The position numbers were made by a program, and so were the translations under genes. A DNA stretch of 64,000 bases from Zygnema circumcarinatum SAG 698-1b (Eukaryota; Plantae; Zygnematophyceae): positions 982,689 through 1,046,688 of the forward strand of contig CM074809.1 of NCBI GenBank assembly GCA_037447605.1, written 5' to 3'. Positions 35,297 to 46,487 of this stretch are shown here, one piece after another. Each line of letters opens with the position of its first letter. Position 1 is the first letter of the stretch. A model generated the notes under the pieces. It saw only the letters and a program-made list of their open reading frames with translations, was not told where the DNA came from and made no database searches.

Positions 35297-38200
35297 TCAA
35301 GGCATATCAAGAGACTCCCTTGGATAAGCATAAAAGAACCCCAACCCTAAAATGTACTCGAGCCCCCCGAAACCTAGCGCGATTTGAAGGAAAATTTGCG
35401 CTAATCGCGGTGCAGGAGGGAGATGCCGAACTTCTGAATTTGGTCCGGAGCCCTCAATACTAATAGCTGCCCAAAGGAGAAAGGGAGCTACCGCTGTTGT
35501 TAAACCTCCTAAGAGCCCTCGTAATCCAATCGTTAGTATGAAATGCTCTCTAGCAAGAGACTGCAGCAAGATGTAGTTCGTTGCAAAGAGTCGCACTACT
35601 CCCGGCATTGAAGCAAGGACCATGATGGTCACTATGCATGGCTTGGAAAAGCCACCAAAGAGGTACCAAGATAACGTTACAAGGGCGGTCGATGGAGGGA
35701 GGATGTATGAGAGAAGGGGGGCAGAGATAGGATAGTGAAGTCTAACTTTTTCCAAAAGATGACCAACTCCGAGTGATGCAAGCGCTGTTGCTGTGAAGAT
35801 CGTTGTGAGCACGCTCGCCACCTGTAAGTGTATATGAAAGAGGGATACAAAAAAAAAAAACTGATCAGGTTAGAGAACAGCTGCTGGAGCACTGCTAAAG
35901 CTGCCAAGAATTGGATAAAAATTGGTCCTCTCGCACCTCTTTGTTGGTCCATCCGTCCGCATATGCCCACACGATGAAGAAGGTCACAGTGCCAAGTGTC
36001 GCTCCTTGAGACAAGGAAATGAGGAGAGCTATCCACACAGTTTGGCGGTATGCGAGGAGCCCCAACTGGCCCTTGGAGGGGAGGAGGCGGAGGGAGTATA
36101 TTGGAGGGAGGGGCCGCACTGCGATAGTGACAGCCATCAGCGTAAATATTCCCGAAAATACAAAAACGATGATGTTTTTTGCCGCGAGTCGAAGACCTGC
36201 AAAGAAACGCCATGCCGACGAGTAGTAAAAAAAAAGGGTGTCCATGGCGGTCGAGGGATCCTAGGAGAGAAAATGTGAGCCTGTTTGAGTATGGACGCGT
36301 GGCAGCTTACCAGCCTTGCCGGCCGTAAGGATCAGGACTGCGCCAGCCCCTGCTTGAAGCAAGTTCCGCAGAAATTCACCCACGCCGATACGATGCCCCA
36401 CTTCAACCTTTCCAGGAATGTCCTCCATAAAATTAAGTCCTGCCATGTACCATATTTCCCAAAGTTTGTTCTATGCTACTTACAAATATAAGTTTCAAAC
36501 GTTCCATGTTTTGCACGGTTGTGAATTTTTTCCAAACTCCAATCACATTTATTTACTCACCAATCATGACGGGTGGGGCGAGAGCTGCAGATATCGCCGA
36601 GAATACTGCCGCTCCCACGATGTGAGCAGTCCAGCGATTGGTCAGTCCCAGCCAGACCACACTCACAGCTTGCCCGGCGAGGCCGAGTCGGAGGAGGGTG
36701 ATAGGGCGAAGGCGCAGAGCGAGCATGGACCACGCTAAGGAGGAGATGGCGTAGGTAAGAGAATAGAGCGCTATGAGGGAGGAAGCAATACCGAAGGAGA
36801 ATCCTCGTCCTTCTCTCCACCACCTGCGTTGAAAGGTTCTATAAGCCGTCTGAACTCAGCTTTCGTAGTTCCGATCTTGGGGTGTGAAGTGACATTGGTT
36901 GGTCTTGTGATAGCCCATAATGAAACAAGTCAGTGCCAGGATTAGGGTTTATGGAAGACAAGGCTTACCAAGATGAAGATAGCAATACAACAAGAACGCC
37001 GGGGACGAAATTCAGCACATATGCCAGAAAAAAAATCGCCTCGTGAAGCTGAACGCACGACCTTTTCGGTTTGCAGTCCAGGTCGGAACCTAAAGCCGAC
37101 GAAAATTCATCTGCAAGCTCGTCAATTTTTGACTCCGAGAGCGGTGGAGGTTGGGCTTCAATCAGTTTCCTTCTCCGAACGCAAGGAACTTGCGACAGCC
37201 ATTCGGCATATTGCGGAGGGAATGCAGCAGGAATTTCCTGTTCCAATCTTGGTATTTCTTGATGGAGAGTCATGTACAAACGAGTATATTTTGCAAACAT
37301 GTCCTGCACATCACAAGGATTCTAAGGGAGGAAATTAGGTTAAAGCATACAATCGGGCTTCTGCAAAATGCAATGTAACCCAGTTTCTGGAAATCATACC
37401 TTTCCAGAGAACGTGGTTTGTACAGCCTCCCTCCGAAGTCGATCTTTGGTCTCCTCGTCAGCCGTAAGGGCCTCATGAATCGCGCAGAGGAGCTGCAACC
37501 TTTGGTGCTCTTGCGAAGAGGATAACAGGGGACGATAAAATCCGGGCATTTTTCCAAGACCCCCCTGTATTCCATATAAGCCTTCCATAAATTAGAATCT
37601 AGAAACACAATCCTTGTAGAAACACAATCCTTGGTTGAAACAACAATTGCAATTCAGAACCCAACCGTGAAAGAAGAAACTTCCCAATAGCAAGCCATCC
37701 ATACTCCAATCTATCTGAAAGGAATCCCTAGAGAAAACAAATCAGAATCCAATGAAGTCCTTCATTATGTTCCTGCGTTATGCGAGAACTAGAGACCAAA
37801 CTTTTGAATCGTTTAGACTTGTCTTGTGGCGATCCATGCATCGCGCCTAACTGCGCCTTGCACGGGCAGCCATGCAGATCCAAGGGCTGTGCGTGCGCCA
37901 CCTGTCGGAATCCGACGGCCAGCGCGCCCCGCCATCCGAACTCGATGTCGACGAGCCCGCACGGCTCGAAGCGGCTCGGCATCAGCGCGAAGTCCGCGGC
38001 GCGCAGCAGCCGCTCCCTCTCCGCCGCGCCCACCAGCCGGTCCTCGCCGTGCACTCGCCCCGGGAACCGCCGGGCCGCCGCCGCTACCATCTGCGGGAGG
38101 GGGGGGGGGGAAGGAGAGAGGGGAAGGAGGATGGAGGAGAGGGTTGGAGGAGAGGATGGGAGGAGAGGATAGGCATGGGGCCACTGGAAGCTGGATCGGC

Positions 38201-41200
38201 TTTTGGCTGATGGGATCAGCAGGGTTGGCGATTCAGGTTGAGTGAAAGGAGGGTTTCGAGGGAGGGCGGTTTTGAGGTTATAGAGCAGGGGAGTTGGAAT
38301 TGGGATGAGATGTGTTGTTGAATATACGAGTTGACGATTTGATCGCGTGGTTTTTCTAGAGTATTTGGCGAAGGCTCACCTCAAGGCCCTTTCGGCCGTG
38401 CTCATCCGTGCATGGTCCGAGGAGGATGATCTGCGCGCTTGGATATGTCGAGAGAACCTCTTCCACAACATCGGCAATGATGTCGGTTCCCTTTTGGTAA
38501 CTCTGACGGCCCAGAAATACGAGCAACTGGGATTCACTTTTCCGTTGATTTTCCAATAAGTGTAGCGAGCATTCTTTGTCTGTACCGCAGCCTTGTTCGT
38601 CAAAAGCCGCCAATCGTACATCTGTAGTTTTAGGTGTCGACATCTGATTCTCTTCGTCAGATGGTTCTGCAAAACAGGAAGATAAAATCAGTTTCGATAA
38701 AGTTGTTCTATTAGGTCAACGGGGCTTCTGCTTCTCCCTCCTTATAGTAATTTTCCAGCCTCTTTAAGCGTCCTTTACTTCCTACTTTTAGTTCTTTACT
38801 TTCTTTACTTTTCTTTTACTTTTTTTTTTTTCTTCTTTCTACCCTTCACCCCTATCTTCTCTGTCCTCTCTCCTCTACTACCTTCCCGCTCTCCATTGTC
38901 AGCCTATCCTTCTCGTTCTCTCCCAGTCGACTCTGCCTTTGACGCACTTGTAGATATAGAAGTCCAATCTCAAGTGAAACTTCTGCTGCATAGGAAATCG
39001 TGGAGAGAACCCACCTTGTGTAGAAGCTCCGATTTCGTCACACGTATTCAGAAGGCCATAGCTAGTTTGCACCCATCCCTTAGCATCCCTCTTCCACGAA
39101 TTAAGATTATCACTGTCAATGTCAGGCTTTTCCGCGTCGTCAACAGCATTAAGAATCCCTTCAATGTTTTCCAGGGACCAAAACATGCTGTGCTTTGAAG
39201 CCAGCCGCTTCCCATAGAGAGGAGACACTGCCACAATTCCTTGGCCAGATTGGAACTTTCTTATGTAGTTTAATCCGGCATTAAGGCAGTTGAAGGTTCC
39301 CGCATGCTCGCAGTACTGCTCAAAAGTTTCTTCTGAAAGATTGAACGTCGACAGGACGAAGGAAAGGTGATCAGAACTTCGTATGCGCCAAGCACCCTGC
39401 AATGCCAGACTTCGGTTCAGAGTACTCAGCGATTCCCAAATAGTGCTGCGTTCTTTGCTCCATCCATTATTTTTTACGCCATCAGAATAATATACAGAAA
39501 ATCTGCAGCTTTATCAAAAAAATATGAGTCATGGCGGAAAAAGGAGAAGTGGCGAGGGGTACCTGAAAGTCACCGTTGTGAAGGGTCAGACAGAACTTTG
39601 TGGAGATATTTCGTTGGAGATACACCACTGCCATGCATGCTGCACGCATTTTAAAATTCCAAGCTATGTGTAAGTCGAACAAACGGGGAGAGGGGAAAAG
39701 GAGGAGGATCAGGAGGGAGAAGGGAAAAAGGCTGGGGAAAGACAACGGAGCAGAAAAGTACTCCTACCATGGTAATCATGAATGTGACAAATGTCAGCAG
39801 GGTAGAGACTCAAGACGCGCGCAACCGATTGACTCCACAAGGAGTAAAGGGCCATTTCTTCAGCTTCGTTCTTACACCTGATCGATAGACACTCATCCAA
39901 GACAAGCAACGACTAATATTACTACTGGTATTAGTTATGAAATATAGAAATACTCAAATCGAACTTGTTTGGGATCATTCAAAGATTCAAACGAAGATCA
40001 TTAAATGGTCCCTGTTGTCATGCAAGCATCATGAAAACGGCAACTTTGAACGGTAAACACAAGGAGAAATGGGGAAAAAACTCGTTCACTCTCTCCCTTC
40101 CTTTTTTCTATATAGAAAACATCGTACTGGTAAATTGTTCTCGATGTCCTCTGTTCGAAAGTGTCCGATGAAATCAAGTAAAAAGTTCGCCACTTCTCTT
40201 CGACCAGCTCGTGTAATATGTGCACCTTCACGGGAATAAACTTTCCACGAACTGTGACATAGAACTCGTTTCGAGGTGGAGGAAGTTTGTGTGTGGGGAG
40301 ATCCCCAAGTTTTGGTACAATAAGGCAAAGTGCCAACGGAAATTTTCGGATGAAGAGATCCAACACCTGGCCGACAAAGCCAAGGGAGAGATTCCAGCAA
40401 ATGAAGTTACAGGACCGAGTTCCGCAGTTCGGATCTAGTAAAAACGCCACCCCGCGACTACATGTGAAACCTTTCTTTCCTGAGCTCCAAATCCCTTAAA
40501 ATCCTTTCATAGATTATGATTCAGATGAATATTAGATTGAGTGGTCGTGGACATACCTTATGAAGCCCCCCTATAGAGACAGAATAGTCAAGGCAAGGAA
40601 TAGAGTACTCGAGTGCTACGTGTACTATAGACGGCAGCATGCCGTCATCGTGAGTCGTGTCCCTCCATCGTATGTAACTTTCTGATTGCTGCTTCGCAGA
40701 CAGCTCATCACAAGTCAACGTCTCTGTTTGAGAGGCGCGGCGGACCCAATCGTGGCCATTCACTCTAAAAGTCATGCCTTTTTCCGGCTCGATGATGCTT
40801 TCTGTTCGAATGTCTTCAAAACATCCCGGAGAGTCCCTTTGGACGGCACCATTCAGCCGCCGAGGTGGTGAAAGTTTCGCCTCAATATCAGAATCCGACG
40901 GCTCCCATATGAGGCTGCCATTGGGACTTAAAATCGAGTCCGGCGACCACTCTTTCGACGCCCTCTCAAACTTTTCAGAAGGAACCGCCGTCATTAACTG
41001 CTTCAGTTTTCCGGAATCGAGCAGATTGTTGAGGATAGCTGGGTAACTGTTCAAGGAGAGGCCCTGCCCCACCGACTTCTGCAACTCTGAAAAGGGCGAA
41101 ATAGGATCCATGGAATAAGACCGGTTTCCGCAGAGCTCGATCTCTTCTGCACTCCTCCCTAGGTCGAAGACCTTCCTTTCTAAGTTGTAACATTTGTTAG

Positions 41201-41258
41201 TTCCCCACTTGCCATGAAAGTTCTCACGCGTACTAGCCTCAACTGAATGCATGTCCAT
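35297..41258 (-). CDS. Ags1/Mok-like alpha-glucan synthase: GT5 (glycogen/starch-synthase fold) domain plus multi-pass membrane domain; about 13 exons, roughly 1200-1300 aa
   Basis: LEYSIP..VSIGGL, ALYSLWSQSVARVLSLYPADICHIHDYHG, LTLHNGDFQG, FNCLNAGLNYIRKFQSGQGIVAVSPLYGKR, LVFLGRQSYQKGTDIIAD, MPSRFEPCGLVDIEFGWRGALAVGF, GGLGKMPGF. Several hydrophobic exons follow, ending LLQSLAREHFILTI...FFYAYPRESLDMP*. The start codon is tentative. Confidence 0.88.
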
Positions 41259-41689
41259 GCCGCGCCACTTCCCCACTACTTCTCTCTCTCCCTCTCCTCC
41301 CTTGCTCTCCCTCTCTCTCTCCCTCCCCCTCTCCTCAGGGCCTTCCTTTCACCGCCCTTTCACCCTGCGTTCACCAGCTTCCCTCGTCCCTCGCCATCGC
41401 CATTGCTCTCGGAATCTCCAAAAACCCTAAACCCGACCCATCCCTCGCCTTCTCCCTCCCTCCCTCCCTCCCTCCAACCCTCCCTCCCCTCTCTCCCTCC
41501 CTCTCTCCCTCCCTCAGTCTCCCTTCCTCCCTCCCTCCCTCCCTCGAGGTCCCCCGTCGCGCGTTCCCTTTCGAGGCCGCAGAGGTGGCGCTGGCGCGGC
41601 GCGCAGTGCCTGTCCGCGTCCCTGAACCCTCCGAACGGCCCCGCCGGTCCCATACCACGCTGCCCCTTGAACCCTGCAAGTGGAGGTAC

Positions 41690-42190
41690 GTGGCCCTTGC
41701 AAACTCCGCCGCGTGGCGAGGTAAAAAGTTCTTGAGGCCACGTGGCCCAACATGACACGTGACACACTGCCATTGGCGGGTCGTTGTCCACGAGCAAAAC
41801 GGTGGGCCCCACTTTCGTGGGCCGCACGAAGTCAATGGCAGCCACGTGGCATGCAGTCAAGCCGGTCAACGCCCGCCTAGAGGGTCACTGTCGTTTGCGG
41901 ACGGTTGCCACGCTGGCACGGGTTTGGACCATGACGTGGTGGTCACGTCTTTATCGTACGGCCTCTGACCAGGAAACACCGTATCCGGCGTACGGATTGA
42001 CTTCCGTACGGCGCTGCTAACACTGTTTCGTACCGTACGGACAGACAGGGGGCGGGGGCAGCCCCGCCCATCTCCGCTCTGCGGAGGGGACGAGGGGAGG
42101 TGCCACGTGGCAGGGGGCGCCACGTGGCGCGCTGAGGGCCTGCCATGTGTGGGCACGTCCTGCTGGCGCTGCCGCGCACGTGGGCACGCC
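41690..42190. promoter_or_regulatory. Bidirectional promoter between the Ags-like and DHHC genes, rich in G-boxes and GTAC cores
   Basis: At least six CACGTG hexamers (several GCCACGTGGC) and five CGTAC cores at 41955-42040. Confidence 0.55.
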
Positions 42191-42342
42191 GCTTGGACCT
42201 CATGTGGGCCCTCCTCCCTCTCTCTCCCTCTCCCCCTCTCCCTCTCCTTCTCCCTCTCCCTCTCCCTCTCTCTCCCTCTCCCCCCCCCTCTCTCTTCTCT
42301 CTTTCCCCCTCTCTCTCTCTCTCTCTCATCTGAAGACCTATC

Positions 42343-43451
42343 ATGTTCGTGTTTTTGCGTTCGTAGCCGTGAATTACAGCGCTAAGCTTAACCCTAACCC
42401 TAAATTTAAGGCTGATTCCAACCCCCGGCTCTAATCCTGCCCCCCCCGGAGAGGGAGCCTCCCCTGCAGGCTGAGCGCGTGCCTGTCACGGTGCGAGACG
42501 TGGTTTGACGCCGCCATCCGCGTGTCGGGGCCGATCTACATTGCGCTCGCCGTCACTCTCATATCGTGAGCGCCTCATCGATTGCCTGCACCCCAACCGC
42601 CCCGCGAAGCCTATAGATGCCCTTGTAATTCTTTTATATTTCTTAATTCAGCGCTGAAAATAATTACATTCAATGCATTTCAAAAGCAAAGAAAGTAGAG
42701 GACGGCCTTACGAAAGAACCCGAATAGCTTAGATGGCCTTAGGTTCAGAAGGCCTCAAAAGAATCCTGTAAAGGAGCATTGAGTACGAGTATGCATATGT
42801 CCCTTCAAGCTTAGACCGACGTTCCATTTCACATAAAGCTATGTTGCTCCTATTTTCCCTCTCTTCCGTTCCAGCGCGGTGATCTATGTCTACTTCACGG
42901 CTGTTCTACCTCTCACCTGCGCGATCCTTTCCATCAACGGGTTCCTCCACTGTCTGCTCGCCACCTGGCTCGCAGGAAATGTTTTTTTCAATTACTATCA
43001 CTGCGTCACTACGAATCCGGGATCTCCTCCGGACCAGCTGGTAGGTGCAAACCCTAAATGTTCTTCTACAAAACTATGAAAGACAATTTTTAACCTCTAA
43101 CTTTCACTTGGTGAGTTGTTTGATCTGGGAAAAGCAGAAGCTGTCTACCTTCCTGCTTGTTCTGGACCCTGATCTCCATTTGTTGGACAATGCAGGAGAT
43201 GGAACACAATGGCGGCCCTTATGGTGAACGGCTAACCCAGAAAGCTGTTCGATGGTGTAAAAAATGTGAGTGGAATACAAACATGTAGTTGAGGTTCCTT
43301 CGTTTTTGGTCACCATAACCCAAAAACAATGAAAACTTCAGATACTCTGAGTGACTTATCCACTCTTGCATGGGTAGAAGACTTTCAAGTGTTTCTGTTT
43401 GTCTGAGAGAGACACAGAGAGAGCGACAGAGGGAGGGAGGGAGGGAGGGAG

Positions 43452-43497
<46 letters not shown>

Positions 43498-45539
43498 AGA
43501 GAGAGAGAGAATCGGAGAAGTTACATGCGCTCCGAGTGTTCTTCATGTAGCACAAGGCTCAGAGGGAGGGTTTCATTCGGGACAGGTGGAAAACCAAAAC
43601 CGCCACTTGCTCATCATTGCCATATATGCAATCGGTAAATGAAAAGGCCCATTTTCTCATGTAACTTCTATTTCTAGCCTTTGCTTAACAGGTACTTTTT
43701 GCAGTCAATTTGATCACATGTGCAGTGTCTTCTAGGGTTTTTATCCAGATCTGAAGATTTACTTTTCTTTATCTGCCCTTTACAATTTGAAGCTGTTATG
43801 GTTCTCCATTATCGTCTCTTCATGATGTTTTATTAATTATTATTTGGAGGCGGGGGGGGGAGATGCAGCTGTATATTAAAGATGGACCATCACTGCCGTA
43901 TCCTTTCTTGCCAGTTTCACAGTTTGAAGCTCATCAAATATGAGCCTCCTCCCACGTTTCTTTTTTGTCTTCATTGCTGGAATGGCAGCTAGAGAGAGGG
44001 CTAGAAGTGAAAGGTTTTTTCGGGGTTAGCAACTCAACGGCCAATCCAACGATGCCACCTGGCAGGAGCGGAGCCTTGACTTCTGTCAGCTTGGATGCAC
44101 AACTGTATCGGTTTCCACAATTATCGTTATTTTTTCCTTTTCTGTGAGTCTGTAAACATTTTTTTTTTTTTCAATACTGGGAACTTGAATATTGACGAAT
44201 GAACTTGCAAAGGCCGAAATCGTCCTTTGAAGCTCCGAATGAACCCTCTTGAAGAATCTGCCTCCGGACCTGACCGAGTGCACACGTGGCATGTTGTGAT
44301 TGGCTGGGACCTTGGCAGTGGCATACATGTGGATGGGGTGCGCTTACGCGCTGCTGATGTCATCGTATCTCTTGTTCCGCCCAATGCCGGTGGGTGGCCT
44401 CAAACTTCACTTCTGCCCCAAAGAAAGCACAAACCCTAAAACGAGAATGAAGCCCCCAAACCCTAAACCCTAAACCCCCACAATGAAGCAGACCCGTCCC
44501 TATCGAGCTTCCAACCATGGCTTCTAACGGCATCCCTCCCCTCATACTACAAAACTCTTCTTTGGAAACCTGCCAAGCCCCTGAAGCTCCGAAATGCTCG
44601 AGAAACCTCGAATTTCCAAGACTTATAAGGTTCTGAAATTTGAGTTTGTGATGCTGCAGACTATGGACATGGACCCCATCTTTGGAGTGATCTTCACTTT
44701 CGTTCTCTCTCTAGCAGTGGAGATGGCGCTCACTGTTCTCTTCGGTTGGCACATCTACCTCGTCTGCACTGCGCAGGTGGAAAGCAGTTCATCTCAAATG
44801 TTGTGAAGGACTTAAGATTGAATGGATTGAATCCTATATGTTCTGAATCCTATTTTTTGAAAGCTGTCAAAGTCGAGAACAATCCGTATTGCCTGTTGCA
44901 TGAGACTGAGTTTAGGGTTAATTTAGTTAAGGTCCAGGTAGAAGACTGAGGAACCTTCGAGACTTACATTATGTTCAAAGGGCTGTGGGATCGGAACGGA
45001 GCAGACTACTATTGATTTTTATGGAAATCGACAGAAAATGCGAGAGGCGCGCAGGGTGGGGGAGGTGAGTTTCCTATGAAGCAGACCCCCAGCCTGTGCT
45101 GAACCAATGGTGTGCTTATGTTTCACCAAAAGATAAGACTTCTCCAAGCAATTGAAGATATGTTTTCTTTCTCGTGGGGGTACAGGTGTGGGAAAACCAA
45201 TACGATTTAGGATGTAAGCGGAACTGTTTGAATACCTTCGAAGTGAGTGGCCCGTGGTGGTGGCTCGTCTTATTGCTTCCCCGGAGCAGACCTTTGAGAG
45301 GGGACGGAATTCACTTTCCACAGAGAGACGAGTGCAGCAACACGGGGGCTGCAAGCTACTCCAATGCGTTAGCAGGGAACGGAGGCCACAACAGACAAAA
45401 CAGCAGCTTGCATGGTGCCACTAAGACCGTCGAAGTCGTCATCACGGCGACCTCCACAACGACGACCCACAAAGGGCGGCAGTCGCGAGAGCGAAGTGTG
45501 AACGAGGCGATGGGTCGAATGGGGCCCGACTTGGTGTGA
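42343..45539 (+). CDS. DHHC-type protein S-acyltransferase (ZDHHC16-like)
   Basis: [86 protein letters not shown]. The start is uncertain; the first clear exon is at 42470. Confidence 0.92.
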
Positions 45540-46159
45540 ACGCGTGGCGTTGGGGATGAGCGATGTGGGCTTTTCTTAATGTTGCGTGTGTGTGTCCATC
45601 AAATGTACATGGACCAACCAACTCGTCATGGGGAACCACAACGAAAAATGTTCGCAAAGGACCTCAGAAGAAGAAGAAGAAGTGATTGGCGTTGTGCCTT
45701 TTTTGATGTCGATTTGTGGAGGTGTGTGTCGCACACGCGTGCAATTCAATTCTTTTTGAATTTTTTGAACATTTCGACGTGGCAATGCATGCATGCCATG
45801 ACCATGCGACGATGAGCCATCGCCACGTGACATGTCATAAAGCGCGCCAAACACAAAGAACGACGTGAAAGACACGAAAGCTGTGCCAGTGTGAACACCA
45901 AAATCAGGTTCGCGTGTGAACGGGCACTCGCAATCGTCGTTACATCCAAGCGCTGTCCAATCAGCTTCAGCCGCCACGTCGGATCCCAGGTGCAAATTTT
46001 CCTCCTCGGCCAATCAGAGCTCCCCGCGGCCGCCCCGAACCTAAACCGACGTCCGTTGCGGGTCCACGTGGTGGCGAATAAGACAAATGGATTTTAATGA
46101 AAAGCCAATGTCTGAGTGTCACGTGGCACGCGGCGGTGCCCAGGGGCGGGCTCATCCGA

Positions 46160-46290
46160 GTCGTCCGTACGGCAATCGCAACGTCCTTTTAACGCACAGG
46201 CCCGCGGGGGACATACGAATATGTACGAATCAGGCATACGAATGTACGGTCTCGTACGAATCGTTGCGTACCGTACCGTGTTATGTACGG
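46160..46290. promoter_or_regulatory. GTAC-core cluster upstream of the MORN gene
   Basis: Seven GTAC cores in about 125 bp, followed by a GA-rich leader. Confidence 0.5.
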
Positions 46291-46487
46291 CGGAAGGCGG
46301 GGCGAGGGAGGGAGAAGGGGGCGAAGGGGAGAGGGAGAGAGAGGGGATAGAGCGGGTTAGAGAGTGCGAGAGGGGGAGAGAGTGAGTGAGAGAGAGAGAG
46401 GGAGAGAGGGAGAGAGAGAGTGTGAGAGTGAGAGAGTGAGGGGGAGAGGGAGAGAGACGAAGCGCATGGGGGATAGGTGAAAGCGCG

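Noticed and set aside
35297-41258. Calling the GT5 gene a starch synthase because of PSRFEPCGL
   Set aside because: The EFG..GAL.VG, HDYHG and GGLGKMPG motifs and the multi-pass membrane C-terminus fit Ags/Mok, not soluble or granule-bound starch synthases.
44430-44478. AAACCCTAAA telomere-like motifs (also about 41425, 42390 and 28340)
   Set aside because: Only 1-3 copies each; these are common telo-box or interstitial remnants, not a telomere.
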